Shown: piece by piece, positions 25,965 through 35,983 of the stretch
Numbering within the stretch: position 1 is the first letter of the stretch
Layout: every line of letters begins with the position of its first letter
NCBI GenBank assembly: GCA_002796835.1
Contig: LUGL01000023.1
Coordinates: forward strand, 24,385-73,268
Length of the DNA: 48,884 bases
Direction: 5' to 3'
Origin: Elainella saxicola E1
Lineage (GTDB): Bacteria; Cyanobacteriota; Cyanobacteriia; Elainellales; Elainellaceae
Notes under the pieces: generated by a model
What the model was told of the DNA's origin: nothing
Databases searched by the model: none
What the model saw: only the letters and a program-made list of their open reading frames with translations
Translations under genes and position numbers: made by a program

Positions 25965-27986
25965 TTATTCGAGGTCGGGTACGTCCACGACTGTCTCTAC
26001 CTTGTTGCCATTCATAGATTTGCCGCGATTGGAAGTGCCATTCTCGGTTTTGATCAGATCTTGTGACTGGTTTAACAGCATCATTCCCATTAGGCCATCC
26101 AGCAAGCCGGAGCCACCGCTGCCGCTAACCGAAACATCTGGCACCACCCGCACTTTGTGATCGCCAATTACCTGCATCAACTGAAGCGCGGTATAAGCCT
26201 GCGAACCGAGCGAGTTCACCCCAGCCTGATAGGCATCGGCTTTCGCTTGTCCCGTTAGTCGGATCGATTCGGCTTCACCATTGGCTCGTTTCACCTGCGA
26301 GTTGGCATTCAGTTCGGCAATCTTGACGCCTTCCTCAGCAGTCACCACCTCTTGTTGGATGTTGGCCATGGCTGTCTCGCGCACCAGCTCCTGCCGCTGG
26401 ATTTGGGCCATACGCTGTACTTCATAGGTTTTTTGCTGCTCTTCGGCAATTTTGCGATCGGTCAAAGTCTGCATCAGTTCAGCGGGAGGCGTAATCAGAC
26501 CAATCAGCGTGTCTACGGCCTGCACATCATAGGCGCGCAGGGCATGACGCACATATTCAGCTGCCTCTGCCTGACGTTCACTGCGGGCGGTGAGGAAGTC
26601 GAGAATCGTGAATTCCTGAGCCGAGTTGCGGAAGTAGTTACCGACGATCGGGCGCAAGACATGATCCACCAGATTTTGCATGGAGCCCAGCCGCGAAATT
26701 ACCTTCGGCGCATCCAAAGCACCCACATGAATGATCTGGAAGACTTCGAGATCGAATGTAAAACCATCGAATGACAGGAGTTGCAGCGCCACCAGATTCG
26801 AATCGTAACCATGTTCGCCGCTAAAGCGAGCCGTAAAGTTCAGCACCACATTGGTTGTGGGTACCAGCTCCACTTTCATAATGTGCTGATTCAGCGGATG
26901 TCTACCCGGATAGAGTGGCTCGATCCAAACCCCTTTGTCGCCTTTTTTGACCAGATTGCCATGCGTAAAGGATGCGCCGCTGACATCCTGATGCGCTTCA
27001 CCCACATAGGAGATCACCACCCCGACATAGCCGATCGGCACTTCGGTCATGAGGGTTTGCTCCACTTTGACAAACCAGGGGTTGAGGTTCCAGGAGCCGG
27101 ACAAAATCACCTGTTCCTGTAAACCGCGTCGGCCACCGTTGTTGATGAAAGTTTGCGGTTTCTGGAAGTTGTCGTGATCGGGCACGATCGGTCCCGCAAT
27201 CTCCCCTTCGGCGATCGGCATCCCATCTAGCGTGGTGACAATGCCTACTCTGTCAGCACCCACTTGATAGAGCTTCAGCGACTCTGGACTCATGCCATGC
27301 TTGGTTGAGTTCGCGCTAGTGATCACTTCAAACAAAGCGGTATTAATTCGGTAAGTCCCGGTGGTCAGAATCGCCAACTGCCGCCCTTTTTCACCGCCAT
27401 TCGTTAAAAATTGTCGCGCATCCTGAAAGTCATCGCATTCGATCGCCCGTCCCAAAATTCGATCGGTGGGAATTGGGCTGCCATCATTGGCGACAATTAA
27501 GCCGATTTCATCCTGCGGAATCACCACGACCGGCTCGCGCCGCACGGCATATTGCCAGGGGAAATAGCCAAAATGCCAACCCGGTGGCAAGGTATCGGCC
27601 TGAAGACCCGCTTCCCCATTCATGGCAATCAACCGTCCCGGCGGTAAGCTTTTAGCAGAAAATTTCTTGGTGACAATTCCCACTTCCCGCTCACCTACGA
27701 CAATCAGGCCCATGATCCAGCCGACTTTGGGCAAAAATATCACCATTAGCAAGCCTACCCCAAGCGGGTAGAACCAGAGCGGGACACCAATACCGCCCAC
27801 CTGCATGAGATAGAGCTGTGGTGCAGCAGCAAGGGAAGGTGTGGACTGGGAAGTGGCGATCGGCGCTGGAGCCGAATTGGTTTTTGCCAAGGCTGCGCCC
27901 GAATTGAGTTCCAGAGATGCACCAACGGTTGTCGTAGCGGCCAAACAAGCGACGAGAGATAAAGCTTTGTGAAATCGAAATTTCAT
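25965..27986 (-). CDS. flotillin / SPFH (band-7) family membrane protein, YqiK-like
   Basis: 673 aa. N-terminal hydrophobic/signal region, SPFH domain, and a C-terminal coiled-coil flotillin region (QRQELVRETAMANIQQEVVTAEEGVKIAELNANSQVKRANGEAESIRL). Confidence 0.8.
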   Translation of the reverse strand: MKFRFHKALSLVACLAATTTVGASLELNSGAALAKTNSAPAPIATSQSTPSLAAAPQLYLMQVGGIGVPLWFYPLGVGLLMVIFLPKVGWIMGLIVVGEREVGIVTKKFSAKSLPPGRLIAMNGEAGLQADTLPPGWHFGYFPWQYAVRREPVVVIPQDEIGLIVANDGSPIPTDRILGRAIECDDFQDARQFLTNGGEKGRQLAILTTGTYRINTALFEVITSANSTKHGMSPESLKLYQVGADRVGIVTTLDGMPIAEGEIAGPIVPDHDNFQKPQTFINNGGRRGLQEQVILSGSWNLNPWFVKVEQTLMTEVPIGYVGVVISYVGEAHQDVSGASFTHGNLVKKGDKGVWIEPLYPGRHPLNQHIMKVELVPTTNVVLNFTARFSGEHGYDSNLVALQLLSFDGFTFDLEVFQIIHVGALDAPKVISRLGSMQNLVDHVLRPIVGNYFRNSAQEFTILDFLTARSERQAEAAEYVRHALRAYDVQAVDTLIGLITPPAELMQTLTDRKIAEEQQKTYEVQRMAQIQRQELVRETAMANIQQEVVTAEEGVKIAELNANSQVKRANGEAESIRLTGQAKADAYQAGVNSLGSQAYTALQLMQVIGDHKVRVVPDVSVSGSGGSGLLDGLMGMMLLNQSQDLIKTENGTSNRGKSMNGNKVETVVDVPDLE

Positions 27987-28431
27987 GGTGTTAGTTAACC
28001 CTTTTGAAGTGTGGGGTAATTGGGTTTAAGCAGTCATTAGAGTCAAACAATCATCAAGCGATGCAGTGAAATCGCTGGTAGGACCAGCTGCCGATCTGAG
28101 TCAGCTTGCTCTAATTCCTTCCAAATAGGTAACTTCAAATCCAGCTCTCACTGTTTCGAAAAATCTTCGAACTTTGTTGAGAATTCTGGTGTGCGATCGT
28201 AATTTTCAAAACCACCTTGATAGATCGAGCATTCGACTATCCAGGACTTTCAATCTAGCTCAGGAAGGATGACAAGCCGGCCAAGCTCAAGAATCAGTTC
28301 ACAATTGCGCCCAAGTCTGTGTCTGGAAAGGATTAGGGCAGCAGTGAACTGTGCCCCCCGTTGCAGAGACAGGGTTCTACAAAGAAAAGATCGGATTATC
28401 CTAGAGAAGCTGCTTTTGTTCGATTTCCGCA

Positions 28432-30714
28432 ATGCTCGATATTCCTCAACTACTGGCAACTGAACTCTCCTTAAAGCCATTTCAAGTCAAAAATGCGCTG
28501 GAGTTGTTCGCTGAAGGGGCGACGGTTCCCTTTATTGCGCGTTACCGCAAAGAACGCACCGGGGAAATGAATGAGGTGCAGTTGCGGGATTTGGCCGATC
28601 GCCATACCTATCTCACCGAATTGGAGGAGCGCAAAGCGGCCATTCTGAAATCGATCGCCGAACAGGACAAGCTGACGCCTGAGCTAGAAGCCAAAATTTC
28701 AGCCTGTTTGCAGAAAAACGAACTCGAAGATTTATATCTGCCCTATCGACCCAAACGCCGCACCAAAGCAACGATCGCCCGTGAGAAGGGATTAGCGCCC
28801 CTGGCCGAATGGATTAAAGCACTGAATCAGCCGCAAGCTGCCGCAACGCCGCTAGAGCCAGAAGCCGAAAAATATATCTCAGCCGAGAAGGGCGTCAAGT
28901 CCGCTACCGAAGCACTACAAGGAGCCTCGGATATTCTGGCGGAAGAGGTGGCTGAAAAAGCGAATCTGCGAGCCTATCTGCGGGATTTTCTGATGGATAC
29001 AGGCCGCTTTGTGTCGCAAATTAAATCGGACTATCCAGAAGGCTCGACCAAGTTTGAGATGTACCGCAGCTATGAGGCCAAAGTGAAATCGATCGCGCCT
29101 CACAATCTGCTGGCCCTCTATCGCGGTGAAGTAGAAGGCATTCTCAGCTTCGAGTTGGAATTTGATCAAGAAACCGCGTTGGGCTATCTGGAAGCGCAGG
29201 AAATTCGCAGCAAACAGAAGCCTGTACGCGAATTCTATCGCCGCATGTTGGAAGATGCCTTTAATCGGCTAATGAAAACTTCGCTGATCGGGGAAGTGCG
29301 ATCGGCCAAAAAACAAGAGGCCGATGTGGAGTCGATCAAAACCTTCGAAGCCAATTTGCGGGAATTGTTGCTGGCCGCGCCTGCCGGAATGCAGCCTACC
29401 TTGGCGATCGATCCAGGTTTCCGCACGGGCTGCAAAGTCTCGGTGCTCGATCAAACCGGCAAGTTTTTGGAATATCAAACCATCTTTCCGCATCAGGCTG
29501 AGGGACAGCGGATTCAGGCCGCTAAAACGCTCAAAACGCTGATCGAAAAATATCAGGTGGCCTTAATTGCGATCGGGAACGGCACCGCCGGTCGGGAAAC
29601 GGACGAGTTTGTAGCGGAAGTATTGAAGGCGATCGAAGTCAAACCGATTAAGGTAATCGTGAATGAAGCGGGAGCCTCGGTTTATTCGGCCAGCGAAGTG
29701 GCCATTGCCGAATTTCCCGATTTTGATATTACGGTCCGGGGCGCAATCAGCATTGGGCGGCGGCTTCAGGATCCGCTAGCAGAGCTGGTGAAAATTGATC
29801 CAAAGTCGATCGGCGTGGGCCAATATCAGCATGATGTGGATCAAAAGCTGTTAAAGAAGAAGCTGGATGAAACGGTAGAAAGCTGCGTGAACTATGTTGG
29901 TGTTGATCTGAATACGGCTTCCAAAGAATTGCTCACATTCGTATCAGGCATCAACGGCACGGTCGCGAATAACATCGTCGCCTATCGCAACCAGAATGGC
30001 GCATTTCGCAACCGGCGTGAACTGCTGAAAGTGCCGAAATTGGGGCCAAAAGCCTTTGAACAAGCCGCCGGATTTTTACGCATCCGATCAGGCGAGAATC
30101 CCCTAGATAATACGGCAGTACATCCGGAAAGCTATAAAGTGGTGGAAGCGATCGCTAAAGATCTGAGTACGCCCCTGAACCAAATTACGCAGCTTGCCGA
30201 GCAGGTTCGCAAAGTGGACTTGAAAAAATATGTGACGGAGACGATCGGTGAACCGACGCTGCGCGATATTTTGGCAGAACTGGAAAAACCGGGTCGCGAT
30301 CCGCGTGCGGAATTCAAATATGCCACCTTTAAGGAAGGCATTAAGGAAATCAGCGATCTGAAGCCGGGAATGGAGCTGGAAGGGGTGGTAACTAACGTTG
30401 CCAACTTTGGGGCATTTGTCGATATTGGCGTGCACCAAGATGGTTTGGTCCATGTCTCTCAGTTGGCCGATCGATTTGTCAGCGATCCGAAGCAAATTGT
30501 CAAAGTGGGTCAGGTGGTGAAGGTGCGCGTGTTGGAAGTGAACGAAGCCTTAAAACGAATTAGCCTGTCGATGCGATCGTCTGATGCTGCGCCTGAAAAA
30601 CGTCCTGCAAAAGATCGTTCTGCGAAGACACCAGACAATCGATCGAAGGCAGCGGAGAACAATGCTGGGAATAACCTGGAAGCATTGAAAGCGAAGTTTA
30701 ATCGCAAAGTCTAG
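28432..30714 (+). CDS. tex: transcription accessory protein Tex (YqgF/RuvC-like, HhH, S1 domains)
   Basis: 760 aa. The N-terminus aligns with E. coli Tex (TVPFIARYRKERTGEMNEVQLR); C-terminal S1 domain GMELEGVVTNVANFGAFVDIGVHQDGLVHVSQL. Confidence 0.9.
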   Translation: MLDIPQLLATELSLKPFQVKNALELFAEGATVPFIARYRKERTGEMNEVQLRDLADRHTYLTELEERKAAILKSIAEQDKLTPELEAKISACLQKNELEDLYLPYRPKRRTKATIAREKGLAPLAEWIKALNQPQAAATPLEPEAEKYISAEKGVKSATEALQGASDILAEEVAEKANLRAYLRDFLMDTGRFVSQIKSDYPEGSTKFEMYRSYEAKVKSIAPHNLLALYRGEVEGILSFELEFDQETALGYLEAQEIRSKQKPVREFYRRMLEDAFNRLMKTSLIGEVRSAKKQEADVESIKTFEANLRELLLAAPAGMQPTLAIDPGFRTGCKVSVLDQTGKFLEYQTIFPHQAEGQRIQAAKTLKTLIEKYQVALIAIGNGTAGRETDEFVAEVLKAIEVKPIKVIVNEAGASVYSASEVAIAEFPDFDITVRGAISIGRRLQDPLAELVKIDPKSIGVGQYQHDVDQKLLKKKLDETVESCVNYVGVDLNTASKELLTFVSGINGTVANNIVAYRNQNGAFRNRRELLKVPKLGPKAFEQAAGFLRIRSGENPLDNTAVHPESYKVVEAIAKDLSTPLNQITQLAEQVRKVDLKKYVTETIGEPTLRDILAELEKPGRDPRAEFKYATFKEGIKEISDLKPGMELEGVVTNVANFGAFVDIGVHQDGLVHVSQLADRFVSDPKQIVKVGQVVKVRVLEVNEALKRISLSMRSSDAAPEKRPAKDRSAKTPDNRSKAAENNAGNNLEALKAKFNRKV

Positions 30715-30910
30715 GCACGCAAATTAAATCATAGATTTCTTGTGGAATGGGCATTTTGCCCGTCCGGATCGGTCTGTGCCGATTGGAGCATGCTTAACCC
30801 CACAATTGATATTCCATCGTCAAATTTGCGATCTTGAGATTGCGATCGATCTAACTTCTTGATGTTGAAATTGAAGGATGAGTTACATTCAAGATTCAAC
30901 ATTCTTTGCT

Positions 30911-31360
30911 TTAATCATCAGTAAAGTTACCTGAACTGTTGGTTTGCAGTTTCAGTGTATATTCCACATCCTTTTCACTGCGGCCTGTTACCCGAATCGA
31001 ATAAGTACCTGGACTTAACCGAATCTTGAAATCATCGTCATCTTCTGGGGCAATTCGATCGGTTGCCTTTAACTTATCCTGGTCGCTGTCAAAGATCGTT
31101 GCCTGCACCCGTTTTTTAGTGCCAAATATGTCAAAGAAGCCGAGATCTTCGTCATTTTCTAGCTCCACTTTCAGCGTTGTTCGCTTTTTCAGCTGAAAGT
31201 TGTAAGTATTTGGCTCATCTTTGTTGACCTCATCGGAAAGACTCGATCGTTTCAAGCTGCCTAAATCTTCACGAAAGCGGGTTTTGCCATTGATACTCTG
31301 AAGGGCTGAGTTTTTTTGCAAGGACTTGACTGAAAAGTCTCGAAAAGTTCGATCGGCCAT
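30911..31360 (-). CDS. stand-alone pre-peptidase C-terminal (PPC) domain-like protein
   Basis: 149 aa. C-terminal half fits the PPC pattern (YNFQL...DEDLGFFDIFG...LSPGTYSIRVTGRSEKDVEYTLKL). Confidence 0.5.
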   Translation of the reverse strand: MADRTFRDFSVKSLQKNSALQSINGKTRFREDLGSLKRSSLSDEVNKDEPNTYNFQLKKRTTLKVELENDEDLGFFDIFGTKKRVQATIFDSDQDKLKATDRIAPEDDDDFKIRLSPGTYSIRVTGRSEKDVEYTLKLQTNSSGNFTDD

Positions 31361-31649
31361 ATTAGAAACTCCTAAACTTCCATACTGTTTTGCATGGATT
31401 CATGATGAATGAGCAGGAATGAACTCATGGTTTCTCAGGACGGAATTTGCGGTGCGAGGTTCCATTCACTGCATCAAATGCGACTTCTTCAGGATTGAAT
31501 AGCTACTTCAAAATGACATCATCCGATCGGATAATTTCGATATATCAGTTTACCGATCGAAAGCAGGATTTAGCATCACAACAACCGCATGAAAAAATCA
31601 GGGATGCAAACAACACCCCTGATCCATTCAACTGATTAATTTGCTGACC

Positions 31650-32330
31650 TTACTTGAAGCGATCGACTTCTGGTGGAGCTGCCGTGTTACCCGTTTGTGG
31701 CAGGAACAGGTTGCGAGCCGCATCGTTTTGGTAAATACAGTCAACCTGAGCTTTGTTTTCCTTATTGTTGATGTCGCCCGTGAAGCCAAAGGTATTCATC
31801 CGACGACGGCACTGGTTGACATCGTCATTGGAAACCAAATTGCGGCTCTGTAGCACTTCCCAGTTACTGCTGCGCAACACACATCCGGGCTGCATCTTAG
31901 GCTGAGAGATAAAGACGCTAAAGGGGTTGAGGGTAACAAAGGCCCGTAAATCAACCGAGATGGCGCTAGCTCCAAACTGCACACAAATTTCTGGATTCGG
32001 CGCACTGCGATCGATGTCATATCGAGTAGCCACATTTCCCACATCCGAGGTCGTCGCCGAACTTAAAAACATGCCAAGGCCGACGCCTACAATCAAGACT
32101 GCCGCTAAGATGGCTGCCGTACTCCAGCTTAGAGCAGTGCCGAGGAAACCAGAGGAATTTCCTGAACCAGGTCGATCGCTAGACCGCTCAGCTCGATCTG
32201 ACCGATCATTGGGCCGATCGTCGAAGTCATCTGAATAGCGCGATGAGTCGGAATATCGCGAAGAATCCGAGTAACGCGAAGAATCTGAATAACGGGGAGG
32301 ACGAGGTGGCACTTTGGGTTTACGTCTCAT
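31650..32330 (-). CDS. DUF3172-like membrane protein with an N-terminal (SRYSDS)x3 hexapeptide repeat
   Basis: 226 aa. Basic N-terminus, repeat SRYSDSSRYSDSSRYSD, one TM helix (AAILAAVLIVGVGLGMFL), and a Cys-containing conserved C-terminal domain (CVQFGASA...QPGCVLRSSNW...QCRRRMNTFGFTG...VDCIYQND). The family assignment is from memory. Confidence 0.55.
   Translation of the reverse strand: MRRKPKVPPRPPRYSDSSRYSDSSRYSDSSRYSDDFDDRPNDRSDRAERSSDRPGSGNSSGFLGTALSWSTAAILAAVLIVGVGLGMFLSSATTSDVGNVATRYDIDRSAPNPEICVQFGASAISVDLRAFVTLNPFSVFISQPKMQPGCVLRSSNWEVLQSRNLVSNDDVNQCRRRMNTFGFTGDINNKENKAQVDCIYQNDAARNLFLPQTGNTAAPPEVDRFK
32222..32282. repeat. 18-bp tandem DNA repeat (~3.5 units) encoding the SRYSDS hexapeptide repeat
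   Basis: gaatagcgcgatgagtcg / gaatatcgcgaagaatcc / gagtaacgcgaagaatct / gaataacgg... Confidence 0.7.
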
Positions 32331-32547
32331 AGCAGTAGATTGGCAGCAACTGGCTAGAAGCGGAGGATATCACACTTTAGCACGCATTACTTCTAGTTTA
32401 TGCGGATTACTGGTGGACAGCAACGAATGAGGACGATCGATCGAATCATCTTGGCTCATCCTGTCAGTCTGGTCGCTGTTGCCCCATGGGAACTCCTTGT
32501 AAACTCAAACAGTAGTCCAATCCTGCAATTTCTTGGGGGAAAGCAAG

Positions 32548-34179
32548 ATGATGGGAGACGGATCAGTTATGGAGTGGCTTGCAGCACAACAATCGTCTTT
32601 AGGCAGCAATGCTGCACCGAGCCAGATCTCAGGGAATATTCCTGAACTTGTGAGTATCTTGATCATTCTGCTGATGATTGCGACGGTGGTTGCACTGATC
32701 ACTCAGCGCCTCCGCATTCCCTACGTCACAGGTCTTGTGTTAGCAGGCTTACCGATTACAGAGGTCTTCTCCCGTCGAATTGGTTTAGATCCATCCCTGG
32801 TCTTGAATCTTTTCCTGCCCATTCTGATTTTCGAGGCAGCCATTAATACGGATATCCGCCGTCTCCGCAGCACTTTTAAGCCGATCGCCCTTCTAGCAGG
32901 TCCGGGATCAGTTTTCTCCTCTGCGATCATTGCGCTTCTAGTTAAATTTGGGCTGGGATTAGACTGGATTCCCGCACTGCTGATTGGCGTTATTTTGGCC
33001 AATACGGATACGGTTTCGATGATTGCAGTCTTTAAAGAAATCCGTGTGCCTTCTCGCCTATCGACCATTGTAGAGGGAGAAACGCTATTCAATGATGCAG
33101 CAGCTCTGGTTTCCTTCAATTTAATTTTGGTTGTTTATGCAACAGGCTCGCTCACCGTCGTAGAAGGAGTTCGAGAACTGCTCGTCGTGGCGGTGGGGGG
33201 AGGTCTAGTAGGAGCGGTGTTTGGCTATTTAAGCTTACCCATCTTCATTCGTCTGAGTGATCCGCTCAGCAGCCTGTTATTGACTGTTGCTTTGGCATTA
33301 GGCACATTTCAGGTCGGGCAGTCCTTAGGAGTGTCAGGAGCAGTAGCAGTGGTGATTGCCGGATTGATTTTTGGCAATCTTGGCTTGCCTCGCAGTTCCT
33401 CAGCCTCCGATCGCATGACTCTCTTGAGCTTTTGGGAATATGCAGGGTTTGGGGTAAACACATTTATTTTTCTGCTGATTGGCATTGAAATTAATCCGTT
33501 TACGCTATGGAGAATCTTGCCGTCCATTTTGCTGGTGATTCTGGCGTATCAGTTGGGACGCATTCTCTCAGTCTATTTGCTGTTAATGGGGTTGCGCTGG
33601 TTCGATCGTCCCATTCCACTCCGCTGGCAGCATGTTCTATTTCTAGGAAACATCAAAGGTTCGCTGTCAATGGCCCTGGCACTCAGTATTCCTCTAACCT
33701 TGCCGGGACGAGAGAGCATCATTGCTTTGGTCTTTGGTTCTGTTCTGTTCTCTTTGGTGGGTCAGGGCTTGAGTTTACCCTGGTTAGTCAAACGATTGAA
33801 AATTAGCCGAATGTCGGATGTGACGCAGCAAATTGGAGCATTGCAGATTCAACTCATTGCAGCAAAGGCGGCTCAAGAGGAGCTAGATAGCTTACTCAAA
33901 TCAGGAGTGTTACCCAAAGCCGTCTATGAAGAATTCTGGGCCTCTTATCAAACACGAGTGGCCGAATCTGAACGTGTACTCCGTGATTTTTACAATCAAT
34001 ATCGTGCGGGGCAATCGGCAAGCGATCGCAGTGGATTAGATGCGATTCGACGGCGATTATTGCTTGCAGAAAAAGGAGCGATGGGTGATGCACTCCGTAA
34101 GCGAATTCTGCCAGAAGATTTGGTGCAACCCTATATCAAAGATTTGGATGAGATGCTTTTAGCGTTGGAAGATGACTGA
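32548..34179 (+). CDS. Na+/H+ antiporter, CPA1 (NhaP-type), with a C-terminal cytoplasmic regulatory domain
   Basis: ~540 aa with many TM helices; the exchanger core includes the FNDAAALV motif. ATG at 32548 is preceded by GGGGGAAAG; the track TTG at 32533 and an ATG at 32569 are alternatives. Confidence 0.85.
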   Translation: MMGDGSVMEWLAAQQSSLGSNAAPSQISGNIPELVSILIILLMIATVVALITQRLRIPYVTGLVLAGLPITEVFSRRIGLDPSLVLNLFLPILIFEAAINTDIRRLRSTFKPIALLAGPGSVFSSAIIALLVKFGLGLDWIPALLIGVILANTDTVSMIAVFKEIRVPSRLSTIVEGETLFNDAAALVSFNLILVVYATGSLTVVEGVRELLVVAVGGGLVGAVFGYLSLPIFIRLSDPLSSLLLTVALALGTFQVGQSLGVSGAVAVVIAGLIFGNLGLPRSSSASDRMTLLSFWEYAGFGVNTFIFLLIGIEINPFTLWRILPSILLVILAYQLGRILSVYLLLMGLRWFDRPIPLRWQHVLFLGNIKGSLSMALALSIPLTLPGRESIIALVFGSVLFSLVGQGLSLPWLVKRLKISRMSDVTQQIGALQIQLIAAKAAQEELDSLLKSGVLPKAVYEEFWASYQTRVAESERVLRDFYNQYRAGQSASDRSGLDAIRRRLLLAEKGAMGDALRKRILPEDLVQPYIKDLDEMLLALEDD

Positions 34180-34218
34180 CGATCTTAAAATTGAGGAGAG
34201 TACTCATGAGGTGTCGCA

Positions 34219-35025
34219 ATGCCTTCTCCGTTTCCTGGCATGAATCCTTATTTGGAAACACCCGAACTTTGGACAGAAGTTCACCACTTGCTGATCGGAA
34301 TTTTGGCTGAAACCCTCAATCCTCAACTGCTCCCTCGCTATCGAGCAGCGATCGAAAAACGAATTTACCAGATGAATGGTGAAGATGCGCTACTGGTAGG
34401 AATCCCTGATGTCACAATCGAACGTTCCCGAACTGGTTCAAAACAATCCTCCCGTTCTGCCAACCCCTCTCCCCTGGCTGCGACTGTAACATCGCCAACC
34501 ACACCAATTAGTGTGACTGTACCGATGCCGATCGAGATACGCGAAGGATATTTAGAAATTCGAGACCTGGCAACGAAAGAGGTTATTACCGTGGTTGAAG
34601 TGCTCTCGCCAACCAATAAACGTTCTGGCAAAGGACGAGACACTTACGAGGCAAAACGTCGGGAAGTTTTAGCAAGTCGGACCCATTTGGTAGAAATTGA
34701 TTTGTTACGCGCCGGAGAACCGATGCCAGTTTCAGGGGGAGCCGATCGCAATTATCAAATCTTAGTGAGTCGGGGCGATCGTCGTCCTTGGGCTGAACTC
34801 TATGCGTTTGGTCTGCAAGACCCAATTCCCACTTTTCCCCTGCCCTTAAAAGTACAGGATGCAGAACCAATGATTGATTTACATCATTTATTGGATATCA
34901 TCTACGATCGCTCTGGATATGAATTTGTAATTGACTACAGCCGTGAGCCAGTACCACCGCTTGCTGAATCCGCAATGATTTGGGCAAATGAACTTTTACG
35001 GCAAGCCAAACTTCGCAGTGATTGA
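34219..35025 (+). CDS. DUF4058 family protein (putative restriction-endonuclease-like fold, family expanded in cyanobacteria)
   Basis: 268 aa beginning MPSPFPGMNPYLETPELWTEVHHLLIG, the characteristic DUF4058 N-terminus. Confidence 0.6.
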   Translation: MPSPFPGMNPYLETPELWTEVHHLLIGILAETLNPQLLPRYRAAIEKRIYQMNGEDALLVGIPDVTIERSRTGSKQSSRSANPSPLAATVTSPTTPISVTVPMPIEIREGYLEIRDLATKEVITVVEVLSPTNKRSGKGRDTYEAKRREVLASRTHLVEIDLLRAGEPMPVSGGADRNYQILVSRGDRRPWAELYAFGLQDPIPTFPLPLKVQDAEPMIDLHHLLDIIYDRSGYEFVIDYSREPVPPLAESAMIWANELLRQAKLRSD

Positions 35026-35096
35026 GATCAATCGATCCCTTTTCTGCTGACTGGGGCTGATCGGTCTTACTGAGAATAACCAGAGCTCTATCAATA

Positions 35097-35558
35097 TCAC
35101 GAACTTTGATCAGATGAGACCCATGAAACCAAAGGAAATCTTTGGACTTGCTGAATCCGTTGAAAGTCGCTGTCTGATGAAACGATCGTGAGATTGTATT
35201 GAAGCGCTGTAGCTGCGATCCACAGATCATTGTCGTCAAATCCCACATCTTGCAGTCTGGTCTGTCTGCGTTTGTTTTTCTCTTTGGGTGCAAATTGTGC
35301 ATACAGCTTGGCTTTCAATTTACCGTAGCAATTACCCACTTCTCCATTCACTGGATACAGGTCGATCGCTTGTAGGAAGGCTTCGACTCGTTGAAGGTTA
35401 CTGGCTTGCTGTTGAGAGTTTTGAGCCATGAAAATGAGTTCGCCTTGAACGATTACACTTGTAGCAACTCCGGCATTAGCATTTTGCTGAAGCTGACTAA
35501 TAATAGCAAAATCACCATTGATGATATGGCTACAGTGATTAGTGTCGAGTAGATACAC
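35097..35558 (-). CDS. vapC: type II toxin VapC (PIN-domain ribonuclease)
   Basis: 153 aa. MYLLDTNHCS (Asp5), ...IAATAL...LTIVSSDSDF, typical PIN acidic residues. The start is 3 bp downstream of the upstream antitoxin ORF's stop. Confidence 0.8.
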   Translation of the reverse strand: MYLLDTNHCSHIINGDFAIISQLQQNANAGVATSVIVQGELIFMAQNSQQQASNLQRVEAFLQAIDLYPVNGEVGNCYGKLKAKLYAQFAPKEKNKRRQTRLQDVGFDDNDLWIAATALQYNLTIVSSDSDFQRIQQVQRFPLVSWVSSDQSS

Positions 35559-35560
35559 GA

Positions 35561-35875
35561 TTAGAACTCTGCCTTAGAGCGGGTTACATAAACCAATTGA
35601 AGACATTCTTCCAGGTCATCACCTTGCCAAGTATCTGCAAATTTCAGTAGATCTGAGGCTTTTGATCCACGCAGAATTGGTTCACCAGATGGAATGGGAA
35701 ATCCTCTTTCAGCATTGAGTTGTCCGCATCCTGATAATTCAGTTGAGTTTTGTGTTGTGGCTTCATTCTGAAGTCTTGAGTCTAGAACAGTACGTTCTTC
35801 TGGAGTCAGCGATCGAATGATTTGGACCAGAGATTCAACGAGTTTGGTGTTCATCTTTGTTTCCTCCGCTGGCAT
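35561..35875 (-). CDS. putative antitoxin partner of VapC
   Basis: 104-aa ORF immediately upstream of vapC and co-oriented. C-terminus ...WQGDDLEECLQLVYVTRSKAEF. The start may be the internal MNTKLVESL. Confidence 0.5.
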   Translation of the reverse strand: MPAEETKMNTKLVESLVQIIRSLTPEERTVLDSRLQNEATTQNSTELSGCGQLNAERGFPIPSGEPILRGSKASDLLKFADTWQGDDLEECLQLVYVTRSKAEF

Positions 35876-35983
35876 ATAAGCTTTTCAGCGATGACTTCTA
35901 GATCAAGCCTACCTTGCTTTGATTGAAGTTGGAATAGAGACGATCGATCCTAAAGCAGTAAATTAGCAGGGATTAAAAACGAC

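Noticed and set aside
28250-28480. Two overlapping small ORFs in the tex upstream region
   Set aside because: They overlap each other on opposite strands and overlap the tex start. There is no RBS or recognisable sequence.
16183-30707. Alternative-frame ORFs within kdp, flotillin and tex genes (e.g. 17022-17662, 19035-19274, 26352-27122, 29235-29542, 30103-30495)
   Set aside because: Same reasoning: internal frames of well-supported genes.
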